From: Octopus bimaculoides
Lineage: Eukaryota
Direction of reading: 5' to 3'
Assembly (NCBI RefSeq): GCF_001194135.2
Contig: NC_068981.1
Span: 158,462,619 to 158,526,618 of the forward strand
Length of the DNA stretch: 64,000 nucleotides
Every line of letters begins with the position of its first letter. The first letter of the stretch is position 1. Below the pieces are notes generated by a model, which worked only from the letters and a program-made list of their open reading frames with translations, did no database searches and was not told where the DNA came from. Position numbers and translations under genes: made by a program. Below, in pieces: positions 24,201 to 39,000 of the stretch.

Positions 24201-27200
24201 TGACCTGTAAGCTGAACGTATATAGTATGACTAGACAGGAATCCGGCTACTGCAAGCTAAACAAGTCTCTACTAACCTGTGAAGCCTACAGGCGCCTACA
24301 GTTAGTGATGAGGGTATTGACAGAGATCATTCTTAACAACAAATGATGGTATGCCCTCAAAAGCGCCACAAAAAAAGAGTCAATTAGGTTTTGTAGAGAG
24401 TTAGCAAAGAATAGAAATTGTATAGAAGGTAACTTAGTTAACGCATTAGAGGAGGCAATGAGATCTGGCTCTGCTTCTCGAGTGTTGACCGCGAGAATGG
24501 CGCTCAGCCATCACCTCAAGGCTAAACACGAGGGCCGCAGAGTAAGAGCTAAGATACGTGCAATGAGCTAAGAGGGTATCAACACCGCTGGATGGGCTCG
24601 TGTGGTAGAATCTCAGCGTGGTAATAATGTCACATTAAGGTCTTTGACGAACCAACAGCGGCAAACGGTATTTGAACCTGAGGAGATGTGTAGGGCCTTA
24701 CACGAACATTTCACCGGACTGTTTTTGGGGAGCGATGGGCTGGAACGCAGAAAGGACCTCACGGACTTCCTCGCCGGTCTACCGCACTCCTCGCAGAGGG
24801 AGGTGGAGCGCTGTGAAGGGCCGATCACAGCTACGGAAGTGGAGAAGGCATTGTCGGAGTGTGGCGGGGACAAGTTGCCGGGTCGTGATGGTCTCCCCTA
24901 TGGATTATATTATATTATGCCAGACTTGTTTGGACACCTGCTGGCCTGTGTCTTCAATAACTGGCAGCAGAACGGGAGTATTCCTGCATCTGTGAGCCTT
25001 TTATATATATATANNNNNNNNNNGAAATCAACCAAAGGCAGATCAGGTTAATACTATCTCCTAGCGTACATTTAAGTATTTGGACTCACGTGGACCGGTT
25101 TCTGCACTGGCAAAAATAGCCTCGGCTTCTTCAGCACGCGGTACCATGATGGAGACCCCCAGCCTATCGTTTTGAAGTCTATATATGCATACATACATAC
25201 ATACATACATACATACAAACATACATACATNNNNNNNNNNTGCTAAGATATTATTAATTTTGTTATTATCTAGTATGACTATTTTAAAAAATGATAATAA
25301 CAGAATCAATGATATAGGCGATTGCAGGCTCCAAAAAAGCATTAAACAGCTGAAGGATTAAAATCAACCAAAGAACATACTATGTATGTCTACCTACTGG
25401 AAATAACAGTCAAAACTCTTATTTAAATCGCCAAAATACACTGATGATAACTACAGAAATCAACCAAAGGCAGATCAGGTTAATACTATCTCCTAGCGTA
25501 CATTTAAGTATTTGGACTCACGTGGACCGGTTTCTGCACTGGCAAAAATAGCCTCGGCTTCTTCAGCACGCGGTACCATGATGGAGACCCCCAGCCTATC
25601 GTTTTGAAGTCTATATATGCATACATACATACATACATACATACATACAAACATACATACATATGTGTACATTCATACATACGTAACAGCTATATATAAA
25701 AGAATTTTAATACGAGAAGATAAAATGAACATGCTTTAGTACAAATCACTACAAATGTTTCGGTGCATCATTATCAGCTGGTAATTGCTGAATGTTACAT
25801 GTATGATATAAGTTATTACACTAATATGATCCAACACTAGCTGTATACATACGCGTCTTCAGGTTAGTAGGGTCCAAAACATACGCACTCACACATATAT
25901 ATGAGTGTTTGTACATATATGCACACACACACACACACATATATATAGGCATGTATGTATATCCTTACTCCTCTATTCTACCTGTGGCTTCTGTTTTACA
26001 GGTACTTGAGTACATATACTCCCTTCTACTATCTCATTGACACAAAGACGAGTGATTGGACGAATCAATTCATTAATGAAGATCACTCCCTACAAGAATA
26101 CTCCGATATCTTGGACAACATTCTAAGATTACGTAAACAGGTATTCCTGCTGCCTACCATAATGCCAATGAATATGTTTCTACTGGAAGCTGATCAAATT
26201 AACCAGGTATATTCTACTCTTCCTTGTATTCCATTCTTGTTTGTATCTTGTGTATTCTATTTGTCTGTACTTCATAATGTACTTCAAAATCGATGACTTA
26301 AGGAAGCCGAGGATGATGCACGGCAATTTGAGTTTTAATTGATAGATAATCTTGTGGTACCTGTTTCTTGTCCGAGTATTGCTAGTGGTTGCTTTCTTTG
26401 TGAGTTTTTCCCTCGCTCTTTGAGTGATTTTAGTTTTAATTATGCTGGTGCCTACTCAATTTCTTCTCCCTGTAAATATCATGAAGGGGTTTAGTTGCCA
26501 GCCATCCCACAATAAGACAGAACATAGAGTTTTTGATTGTTTGTTTCGTTTTCATTAGATCGGTTTGGATTAAGGGGCTCTGCCATGGGCTATTCAGTCT
26601 CTCCTAAACCAATGAGATCGATGTGGCTATGGTATAACTTTAACACTTGCAAGTCGACGATTACAAAAGAAATAAATATGCAAGCAGAGAATTCTAGAGG
26701 ATCGACGCTTCTAGAAAAAGAGGACTGAGCAGGGCGATTAGTGTGGGATTTTGGATGGTAGACACAATATGGGTGAATAGGGGAGGACTGAAATGTGAGA
26801 GTTCGTCTGTGGGCTAGTAACTGAACTGTGTGGCTTTATACCAACTTTGTACCACCCACTTGAGTGACTTTCCTTAAGATGCGTTCGAGGATGTGCGGGT
26901 GTGTTTTTATAGCAGCAGCATTACTCCATATATGAGAGTAGTACTATGTTGTCAGCTTACACGAACATTGTAGAAAGTTAGTAATTGCTAAAGGCTGAAG
27001 CTATTCTAGGAGCGCGTTCTGCCTCATCTTCGAAACGCCTAGTTTAGAATAGAGGCAGCTGATGAAGGAAAAGTTCCATAAGTGGCTTGTGTGTTTTCCT
27101 ATGTGTTCATTCTGTTGTCCGTAAAAAAAAGTCCGTTTTTTGTGCTTTGCTTATGTTCCTGTTCCTTCTTTTTTGACGTCCTGTACCCGGATATGCATCT

Positions 27201-27274
27201 ATATATACATGTAGATGTAGGTATGTACATATATGTATGTATACATGCATATGCTCATATATCATTTGTATTAT

Positions 27275-27316
<42 letters not shown>

Positions 27317-28149
27317 NNNNNNNNNNNNNNNNNNNNNNNNNNNNNNNNNNNNNNNNNNNNNNNNNNNNGAATGCTTAGCAATATTTCTTCCGGCTTTACG
27401 CTCTGAGTTCAAATTCTGCCAAAATCGACTTTGCCTTTCATCCTTTTGGGGTCGATAAAGTAAGTACCAGTTGAGCATTGTGGTCAATGCAATCAACTAG
27501 TCCCTTCCCCCAAAATATCAGGCCTAAAGTAAAAAGAAATGTATATGTAGATATATATTTCAAGTTATCTCTACACATTTTCAATAGAACCTACAGCCAC
27601 CACTGGAAGTTAACGACGCTCGAATACATTGTTTTTTGTTTTTTTTTGTTAGTATTCTAATCACTGGAAAATGTAAACTTTAATGACCTTTGACTCAGTG
27701 GCCAGCTCGTTGACTTTATTTATGCTGACATTTCATATACAAACCCTAACAACTATTTCTTAACATTTTCAGCGAAAAGTTACCTAAATCATCAAGACTG
27801 CATTTAAAATCGTTCACAGATAGATTCTGTTACACGTATATGAAGTCAGAACACGATACAAATGTAATATACCATGCCGTAAATAACTACCGCAGTGAAA
27901 CAGAAAAGACTGGTTGCACTCACTGAAAGTCAGTTCAAATTAACTTTGGCGAAATTTATGGCTCAAGCTTGACAAGTCTTGCTACTTTCAATGAGAAACG
28001 GCAGTTCCATTATATTTACGGAACAGAAAAATAATGTTTATAGCTTAATTTAAATATAGATTTAGGAATAAATACGACTATTTTTAATTTCAATTCTTAG
28101 GCTGATATTGTTTAGTTTAGTATATTATCCACTGAAATTTTGCGAGTGC

Positions 28150-28198
<49 letters not shown>

Positions 28199-29453
28199 TG
28201 CGTGTGCGTGTGCACATGCGAAAATATGTATGTGGATGTGAGTGTACAACCAGATACATACAGTAGGATTTTACATGTATGCAGTAAGGTCTTACATGTA
28301 TAACTGTGGTTATCAATGCAGTTAGTGGATTAGACAACTAAATTCTGAAAGAGATAACTCTAGTACGATCAACCAATCGATGTCTCTGAAATTAAGGTCG
28401 CCGCAGATGGACGTCGATCATGTCTTTAAAACTGGTGAAAAAGCAACATACATGTTTTGGTATTATTAGTCCTCCTCAGTGACGCATATCGTTCTCAGTT
28501 GGCAAAACTTAAAACTAGGGGAAATAAAACTGCACATCTTCAAATTTTACGTGAATGCTTAGCCTGACAGATTGCCTCAGCAAGCTAAAGTAAGTGGGAC
28601 CAGTTATAGTACTGTCAAAGAATGGTCCAATTAATCATTTTCCTCATAAGTAGCACTGTTAAGTAACTCCTGATGAAATAACATGGTATTCCTCCGCAAT
28701 GTGCCAATTTTTAAGCCCTCAATAGTAGCAATTGTGGAGGTTGATTAAGGCGACGAGCTGGTAGAATCGTTAGCACACCGAGCGAAATGCTTAGCGGTAT
28801 TTCGTGTGTCTTTACGTTCTCAGTTCAAATTCAGCTGAGGTTGACTTTGCCTTTCATCCTTTCAGGGTCGATAAATTGAGTACCAGTTGCTTACTGGGGT
28901 CGATCTAATCGACTGGCCCCTCCCCCAAAATTTCGAACATTCTACCTAGAGTAGAAAAGAATTGTGGAAGTTCATTTGGCCACTCAGTTTAAATGTAGCC
29001 TCACCACAACGAAGAATCTTCGTAGAAGAGTGTACATCGTCTACACATCTTTCCCGGTACCACTTGCAAAATTCCACTCTTCGGTCCAGAACATCTTACT
29101 GAGAGCATGAGCCATTCTTCGATGACAGCACTTGAAAATGTGATTATCACCTGATAATCCACTTGCCGCACAAATTTTCTGACAATACGTTTCTCGTACC
29201 CTTTCTTGCTTGGTGGGGCTCGTAGATGTCAGCGGTCTTCCGGAACGTTTCTTGTGGACATTCTGAACAGTTTCATCGGTCAAACCTAGCTCTAATTTGA
29301 TGGATGGATGGATGGATGGATGGATGGATGTATGTATGTATGTATGTATGGATGGATGGATGGATGGATGGATGGATGGATGCATGCATGCATGAACTGT
29401 CATCTTTTACAGCTTTTCATCAACCACGCTGATTATTTTGTGAATATGCGTGA

Positions 29454-29532
<79 letters not shown>

Positions 29533-30762
29533 TGTGTGTGTGTGTGTGTGTATGAAAAGAAATAGAAGAACGCATTGAAATTAAAATCTGGAGACAATGG
29601 AATCTTAAATATGTCCGATGCCCTTATAATGACTCACTGTTATATAGGTGGAACTGCTTGAAACTCTTTCATAAATTGGCTTTGCACTTCGACTGCGTTT
29701 ACAAACTTCCTATAAAACTTAATGATAAATTTATTTTATTCAAAATTTAGTTTGGTCCCTTTCATTGTTTCTTAAGGGTTTAAATCTAAAAAGAAATGAA
29801 AACTGATCTATTAGCTGTTAAAATGTGTATACATTTTGGGGGAAACATTTTACGGTGAGATTCTTCGTAACATGTATATATGTATATGTGTATATATATA
29901 TATACATATATGTGTGCAATGTATGTATGTATGTATGTATGTATGTACTAATTTTTCCTCTTTTCTTTGACAGCTTCTCATCAACCAAGCTGATTATTTA
30001 GTGACCACATTGTGCAATAAAGTGATAAGTAACAGTCAGCTTTTCTATCGCTCCATCTGTAAACAGTACGATCAGATAGTAGAAACTATCACAAGACACG
30101 TGACCACTACCTCGGAACTTGTGGCTTTACAGAAGTACATTGATGGGCTCAGCTGTGGTGAGCTGTTAGCACTGAAAGTAAGTTCACACTACTGTTTTAC
30201 CGCTTTTTATTTGAGTCGATTGATACGTTCCCCTTTCATTGTCTTCTTCATATTCTACAAGAAAGAAATGTATTTTTATTTTACGAGCTTCAACTACATT
30301 TAAGGAAAACCCTCTTTACTTCTTTGCAATGTAGCAAAAACGAATCGCAAAATCTAGCCTTCGATAATGTGACAATGCAAATAACTGTTTCTAATTTAGA
30401 CACAATGCTAACATGTTTTAAGAATAGAGGATAGAGGGGTAGTTGATACCGTCAATTCCAGTACTTGAGTACTGGAGTCAATGTAATTGACTATCCCCTC
30501 TTCCAAAATTTCAAGCTTTATGCTATGGTAGAAAGGCGAGCTGACAGAACCGCTAGTACACCAGGGAAAATGCTTAACAGCATTTCGTCCGTCTTCACGT
30601 TCTGAGTTCGAATTTCGGTGAGGTCGACTTTGCTTTTCATCCTTTTGGGGTCGATAAAATAAGCGCCTGTTTAGTACTGGGGTCGATGTAATCGTCTATC
30701 CCCTTCCCTAAAATTTCAGGCGTTTTGTCTATAGTAGAAAGGATTATTATTATTATTATTGC

Positions 30763-30832
<70 letters not shown>

Positions 30833-31389
30833 GAGTGAGAGAGCAGTGCATGCCATCAAAGTGACACTGAGTAAAATATACGAAGCCCGTTATACCCATC
30901 ATGACTACCCGTCTGATAAGGGTACACCAGGCACATGCATCACAACCATATGTGCATGACATGGTGATCTCATATCAAGATAAACAGCGCTTGACCTCGC
31001 AGGTGGGGCCCAGTTAGAATTTTCTTCAGGTCGAGTAGCCCATCCCACTCAAAAGGTCCCTGAATAAGGTTTGTTTAAGGATGTTGAGCAAAACACCCAT
31101 GTTTCCAAAAGTGAATTATTCAAACCCCAAAGAATTCCTCTCAACACATGGCTATGATGCTCCCCCACTACTTCTGCTCATGATCAGAGATGCACATATC
31201 GTCAGCCACCAAGGGACATGCTCAACTGGTTAAGGTCAAACAACTGACAAGCAAATCTGAGGTACTGAGCAGAATATTTGCTGTAGCCCATCTTTTATAC
31301 CAAGACAAAACAATGTACATGATAACACTTCCTATCAATTAAGATCAGAAGCCATGAGAGCCAGTGCCTGGTACGCTTCCGGGCATTTA

Positions 31390-31432
<43 letters not shown>

Positions 31433-31861
31433 TGTTGTTGTTGTTGTTAAGAAAAAGAAAAAGAAGAGTGGGACTGAATAGCCACGATTTAACACCATTT
31501 CAGTTCCTAACCGACTTATCTCTGGAACGAACAAATCCCTAGGCATTGTTAATGAGAGTTGTCAAAGATCTTACACTGACCACATTCATAATTTGAGAGA
31601 TTAAATTTTAAAATCATATAAAAATATTTTTTCGCAATGTCTGGTCTATCATTGTTATATTTTTGTGTAAATGTGTGTGTTGTTTTTTTTTAATTTTAGG
31701 AAAAACAGGAAGTAGCTGCTGCTAATGTGATGTTCATGATGACATATGTTGTAATGAAGAGAGAAGATTTCTTATTGATCAACAATACCTTCAGCTGGTC
31801 TAACCGTATTACACCAATAATCTCCAAGATGTAAGTCACACTAGCATCCAACAGACACATA

Positions 31862-31932
<71 letters not shown>

Positions 31933-33424
31933 GCGCGGCACACACAAATCATATATATTCACGCGCGCGCACGCACATATATTATGCTTTTTACTCAAAA
32001 CAAAAGAACACTTAATATAAATATAATGAGGATGTATGATATATTTTGATATATTTTAATGACAATAGTCATAAACCCGAGTTTTGTGTTAAGGTGGTGC
32101 CCTACACTCATCAGATAGGCACGTTATGGGTTTAAGTTGAAAACAGCCGAAAATGGTTGCTGCAGAAGTTCTGTGCACAAAAGCTTTCGAGAAAATAAAA
32201 AGTTTTTTTTTTTTTATTTCAGAAAAAAACCTCCCTTATTATTAAGAAATAATATTTCAGTGTGAAGTAACTCATGTTCAAAAGCTAAAGAGTAATTTCT
32301 TTTACCAGAGGAAATGGCATTTTAGCCGTCTAATTCAAAAGAGATAGAATATTATAAGTATAAAGTGAGGAAGCGATAGAGAGTGTGGGAGAGGGAGTGG
32401 AGTAAAAAAGATGGAAAAAAACAATAAAGAAGAGAAATATTAAATAGATGAAAGGATAAATGAATGAAAGGTTGAATGGGGGTTTGGTCGCGAGGAGCAA
32501 CTGGGAGAAAGAGCACTGGAGCTGTACTAGTACTTTACAATGTAGTTCCAATCATTTAAAATAGTGTAAGCATCTCCGATTTGGCATTTAAGTAAATTCC
32601 AGGAATTCGTCACTTCTCCGCTCAACGCAATCCACATCTTCTGTTAATGTTAGAGTAAGAATTACATTTCTCGAACAGCTTCCATTTGATGTATGTATGT
32701 GTGGCGACTGCACACTATAACATGTTCGTCCATCGGAGCAATGATGATCATCTAGTCATCTTCAAGGTAACTCTGTTTAAAGTGAAGAAGAGTAGCGCAC
32801 GGTCAACACACTCCATTGTCAATAACCACTTTCAGTCCAGTGACAAAACCAGGTTAAGATTACTGAGGACGGAGAAGCATGCAATGAATGACCAAGATAT
32901 CTTACTTGCCTCATCTTGTTCTTTACACTCCATAATGCGTTGCTGAAGCTGTTTTCCCCTCCACTGAACTACTGAAGGTTTCTTACGCAGAGTCCGCCAA
33001 ATCCAGTTTTCACAAGAATAGGTAGGTAAGCCCTAATATCATAATTAACCTATAGCTGGGACCCTGACCACTGGGACAGAATAGACCTGGGAATAATAGT
33101 GGCTAAGTGTTGGTTCTACTCTCCTCAAAAAACCTTGACTCTCGAAACCGAGCCCCATAACCAGTTGAAGTTTAGTCATACCCAGTACAAGTACATACAT
33201 ACACACATAGACATATACACGCATGCATGCGTGCATACATACATACATACATACATACATACATACATACATACATACATACAAACATCAGTTTGCAATG
33301 GAATTGTATCATTGAGCGGATCACAGAAAGGTAATAAGATTTTTTTATACTAATAATAGACTTACAATACGGAAATATTCGAGAGATGGGGAGAGAGATA
33401 ACTGTGAGTGAATGTGTGTGTGTG

Positions 33425-33470
<46 letters not shown>

Positions 33471-36049
33471 ATTAAAGTTTCGTGCTCCACGTATATTATT
33501 GGGTCATCGCATAAATAATGCGGTTTTTTCAATTGCATGAACTAAAAGTCGGAGGAAGACGAGATAAACAATCTGCATCAACTTATTATAAAAGCGGGTA
33601 GTAATATTACCTTGTTCTTATCCTTAGAAGAGTGATTTTAACAGTTATTTTTTCAAAGCTATAATGGAAGTTACAAAAGAGCATATTCGACATATTTTGC
33701 TTTATTAGTTCAATAAAGGCAATGACGCAACGGAAAGCACGAGGAATATTAATGCAGTATATAGGGATCGGACAATAATCGTAAGCCAGTGTCAACGGTG
33801 GTTCCAGAAATTCCGAGCTGGAAACTCCAGCCTAGAAGACGAGCCTCGTCCTGGAAGATCAGTAGAGCTCGTTGAGGTCGTCCTGCAAACCTCGATGGAA
33901 CAAAATCCCATCGTAACTGTTGAGGAACTAGCAGAGAAGCTTGGGTTTGGTCGTTCAACCAGTCATTCAAGTCAGCGCTAGAAGAGAAACGACTGTCTTT
34001 GGTTTCAAGACGAAAGATGTTCTTCCATCAAGATAACGCTTGGCCACATACGGCGAGGATGACATTCCAAAGTCTGGAGCAGTTTGAATGAGAAACGATG
34101 CCCATTCCAGCGTATTCGCCAGAAATTGCCTCATTTGATTATTACTTATTCCGCAGATATATATATATATATATAATTTTACATGTATAATATTATACAT
34201 ATTTTTACATAAGACTATTATATATTATATATTATTCAAGCAGAAGGACCCGGTTTCATTCGGGTTATAAACTCATAGCCTTAACACAGTACTCTTTGCT
34301 TGTAGTTTAATTTGACACTTTCCTTCTAGGCATGGTTAGGAAAATATGTTGTAAAGGAATTGTTCGTACTTCGTTGTGAAATGATTTTTTCCACGGGTTT
34401 TTTTTCGACTGCATTCAACATATCTGACCTCCAAATGCACCGCAAACCACTTTTTCTAGGAAAGAAAGGGGGAGGGTGGTGGGGACCTCGAAATTTTCCA
34501 GGCAGCTTGAAGTTTCCCACCAATGGAGTTTTGTTTCGTGGGTTTTTGTTTTTCTTTTCCAAGTTATTTCGTATACTTTCAACGAATGTAATATGGAAAT
34601 CACACATAAACGGTTCCTTTCCCCCAGAAAAGGGAAGACTTGACTGCTATTTCTAGCACGCTCTGCTACCATGTAACAGCTATTTGCGATAAAGGACCAG
34701 CCGATATTTCGTTGTGAAATAATTATTGACTTCTCCCCCCGCCCTTTCTTTTCGGTGGGTTTGGAGATCAGATACGTTGAATGTACTCGAAAATACCTGT
34801 GGAAAAATGTTATTTGACACCGAAAGTGAAAAACCTTTTTTAAAGAAGTTAATCTTATATAAACCAATATCATTTATTTTTAATAAAAAAGATAAAATTA
34901 AGACCCTATTATGTATCCGAGATCAAATTATTCATGCACCCCAAGTATGGAACCAATTCGCGCAGCTGTTTCCGCGTGAAAAGCGAATACATACACACAC
35001 AGGTCTATTNNNNNNNNNNNNNNNNNNNNNNNNNNNNNNNNNNNNNNNNNNNNNNNNNNNNNNNNNNNNNNNNNNNNNNNNNNNNNNNNNNNNNNNNNNN
35101 NNNNNNNNNNNNNNNNNNNNNNNNNNNNNNNNNNNNNNNNNNNNNNNNNNNNNNNNNNNNNNTATATATATCAACACAAAGGTTTGCAAATTTGATCTTG
35201 TTTAATAATTATTAGTGACTTTTTTTATTATTCCCTTATTAGCCTTTTATTTCTGTGCGGTAAATGAATGAAGTTCTATATCAATAAAGTAAATTTAAAG
35301 TAAGGCATCGTTCATTAAATATGTTAGACAAGTAATTTTACGGATGGAATAACAGTCACTGTGTTTTCTATTAAATTTACTGGCAGCTATAAATATAGAT
35401 ACACACACACCTAAAACGATATGAAACCAGTGGTAAAGGATAGAATTCCACTAATGGTAACCAAGTGCCTGGTATTAGGACTGAATTGAGTGATGAGTTA
35501 AGCATGTCTTTTCTCCATGAGCGGGAAATATTTTTGCGACAGGTTCCACAGCTTCTGTCCACCAAATTTCATATAAATGGCTTTGACCAATTCGTGGCAA
35601 TGGTAGAAAATACTCGTACAATGATCTCGAACAAGTTGTGCTGTGAACTTCTTAACCGCAGCCATATTTGCGCTGTTAATTATCTCATTGGATCAGTTAT
35701 ATTCAGTACTTTATAGTTTAAAACAGTGATACACAACCTCTTATCCTGTAATGGCCCACAATTTTGTTTTATATCGACCATAGTCCATCCGCTATCGACC
35801 AAATAAAACCGAAAATCAGTATTTTAACACAAATCTAACTCAAACTATAATTTTAAAATGCACTACTAGCCATTAAAAGCATGAAATTCAGTAAAAAGAA
35901 ATGAATAGTTTGGTCGTGAAAAATTCGGGATCTCGCTTATTGTGTGTGACTCAACCTTATCAACAATATCTACAAATCAACCTATTCTCTAATGTTATTT
36001 ATCAATGTGTCGGTCAGTATATGTTAGTCTCATACCTTTTGTACTCCTA

Positions 36050-36088
<39 letters not shown>

Positions 36089-39000
36089 ACACACACATAC
36101 ACACACACATACCCACACACAAATTCTTATACTGCTATCATAAAGAGTGTTAGCTGTATTTTACTAAATAAATGATAAGGCATTGTTGACACTCATCCGT
36201 TTAGAATTACTTATGCATACTTGGAAGAGCCTTATACGAGATTGTGCCTCACCTTCACACATACACTCAAAAAAATTAATAGCCACTTGTTACAGCACAC
36301 CTTTAATATTTTACCATCATACTCTTAACCACACCTGCTTGTCAAAGGGTTGATCTTTTTATTTCATGGAGATTAAGACAGTTGCTCACGTCATAAATAA
36401 TTCTACCTTTCTCTCTCTTTCTCTCCCTCTTTCTCTCTCTTCTACCTTTCTTTCTCCGATGTTGGGTACGTCTGTGTTTGTATTGTCTGCCCTCTGTAAA
36501 TACCAACACAATATATAATATAAAGCTTCACTCTTGACAGTCTCACGAACAAAAGAAATCGATTAATTTCTTGTTGCTGCTGCTGTTGTTGTTGTAGTTT
36601 GGACTGTCTTATAGTGAAGAGTATTCAAGCCATGGCCATCTTGTCTTTTAGTTTTTCAAGCTTAGCATATCAAGGACAACGTTCGCTATTTAATATAACC
36701 TTCCCTTTCTTTTCTCTAACAGTAGGCCTTTTAAGATTTGAGGAAGATTTGGCTGCTATTTTTTCTAGTGCAGCAATTCCATTGAAGTTCTCTGGATACT
36801 TTGTATGGAGTATTGCTGCTAATGTATATGACGAGGTGCTGAAAAGTTCCTAACTTTAAAGGTCTCACGAAAGGCCTAGCTGGAGTTCCAACTTTCCAAG
36901 TTCTTTTACAGGGCTTAGAAAAACTGAAGGATCGCTGCAGTGTACGAATCTGAGAGGGGGATATGTTGAATAAAACCATAATCAACTGATCCTCCTGTAT
37001 TTTCTTTTACCCAAAGACAGGAACTTTTTAGTCACCACCTCTTACTCGTATATTGTCCAGGAGGGTTTGTTTCTTAATCGGCAAAGTGCCAGGTACAAAA
37101 CTTAGCTGCTCCGATATGGGTGCAGAAATGGCTGTGTGGATAAGAAGTTTGATTTGAAATTGCGTGGTTTCGGGTTTGATCCCACCGCGTGGCACTTTAG
37201 GTAGTAATCTTCTTCCACAACCTTCGGTCGATCAAACTTGTGTGAAGGAAATTTGGTAGATAGAAACCATCTTGAAGCCGATCGGAAGAATTACTCCTCT
37301 TCTTGGGTACTAGACTCCATTCATTTCCCAGGTAAACAGCACCACCTGAGTCTTGAGTGCATTTAGCAGAACCTGTTCCGTTGCAAGCATTCAGTCCAGA
37401 TCACCAGAATGGGAGACTTCTCGAAAGTCCCCAATTAATAATATATATAATGTGTGTGTGTGTGTGAATTTGCAAAAATCTGATTGATACAGGCAATGAA
37501 ATTTGTTCTTTAATAAGATATCAATGAATTTTCTCTTTTTTTACCTCAGTATTCTAAACTACAATTTATTTACACGAGAAATCATCATTATCATTAGGAA
37601 ATAATGAAAGAGATGCTAGCTTAATGTAAACTTTCATATTAAGACAAATAAAATTAAGAACTTCCTAGCACTTTCGATATGATATCTTTGCAGCAAGGCA
37701 ACATAAACTCTTCGCCGATATTGTGGGGCTTTTTTGCAACAGCTATTGCCATTGAAACTTCGAAGGATGCTTTCAAACTAGCTGTACTGTCCAGTAAAAA
37801 CATTCCTGTGTGATCAAGTCTGGATTTCGTCAATCTGGCGGCTTCGCGCCAGAAGAAGTCGACATCTCTATTCAATTGGGATACTTCGTTTCGAAGTGCC
37901 TCTTTAACTTGCTGGGTAGACATCAAAATCTCGGAGTACAAAATGACACTCTGGCTTCTCGTCTCCACTAGGCTTTATAAAACCGAATTTCAAATACGAA
38001 TTATCATATCTCATTTTTTTCTTTAGAGGCATTGTAAAAAAAGATAAAATTCAGCAAACCAATTTAATATAACTACAGTGAATATTTATTTCGCATGTAT
38101 CATATACTACGGATGTGCATATATGCCTTATTATGGCCAGCTTTTGAGCGTAATAATTAGCAACAAAGCTTACCTCTCATTATTAATTGTGAAAGAAAAC
38201 TTATGTGAGCGTTGTTTTGTCTGTAGATAAACCTCCGTGAACAAAACAGCTCTGTCAGAACACATTGCCATGAAAAATGAAAATGCCTTATAAAGCCCAG
38301 CTACCATGCGGGATGAGAATGGATGTTTGGCAAAGGGCAAAGTCATGCAGGAACATGTACTGGTGAAAATAACGACGGCGAGAGGCATGCAAATGTGTGG
38401 ATTGCAATAGTGGAGTGGTAAATCATGTGAGCTTAGAATACCGACAACGCAAGCACCGAAGCGTATGTGTTGTTGTCGAAGAGTCGTTTTCCCCGCAAAT
38501 CCACCAGTAGTAAATGTGCTGAAGAAAGTCTGCACCGATTATGGGCTGATGGACATCGGCGATGGTGAATGCCCATGTATATTTTTGTGAGCCGATGTTG
38601 AGAGAAAGGGTGCGACGACTGTATGCCTCGATTGTGGACCCGTTGGCGACTGTTAAAGGTTGGCTCCGCTTTCCGTGTCGAGGTCCCTTGCCGACGCTGG
38701 GATCACGCTGACTTCTGCTCCTGTGTCGATTAGGAACCTGCATCCGGAGCTGCGATCGCGGACATAGAGGAGCAATTGGTCATGTCTGCCGGCCACCAGG
38801 GCGTTCAAATGGCGGCCGGCCCTGGAGTTTCTCTGGATCACTGGTGAAGGGGTCCTGGTTGTTTGCACTTTGTCGCCTTTTTTTCGAACTTTGCGTGGCA
38901 GAACTTTGCGTGGCAGAAGCACAGGTTTAACCCTAACCTGTCTCGGGGCCGACCCTATGGCGTTGACCATGACACCACTGGATAAAAAATGTGTGTCAGT

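Noticed and set aside
25024-25230. Exact duplicate of about 25456-25662
   Set aside because: Sits alone between two 10-N gaps and is identical to the downstream copy; almost certainly a scaffolding artefact.
38170-38430. Cys/His-containing stretch suggesting a C2H2 zinc finger
   Set aside because: Spacing does not fit and frames are interrupted; not supportable.
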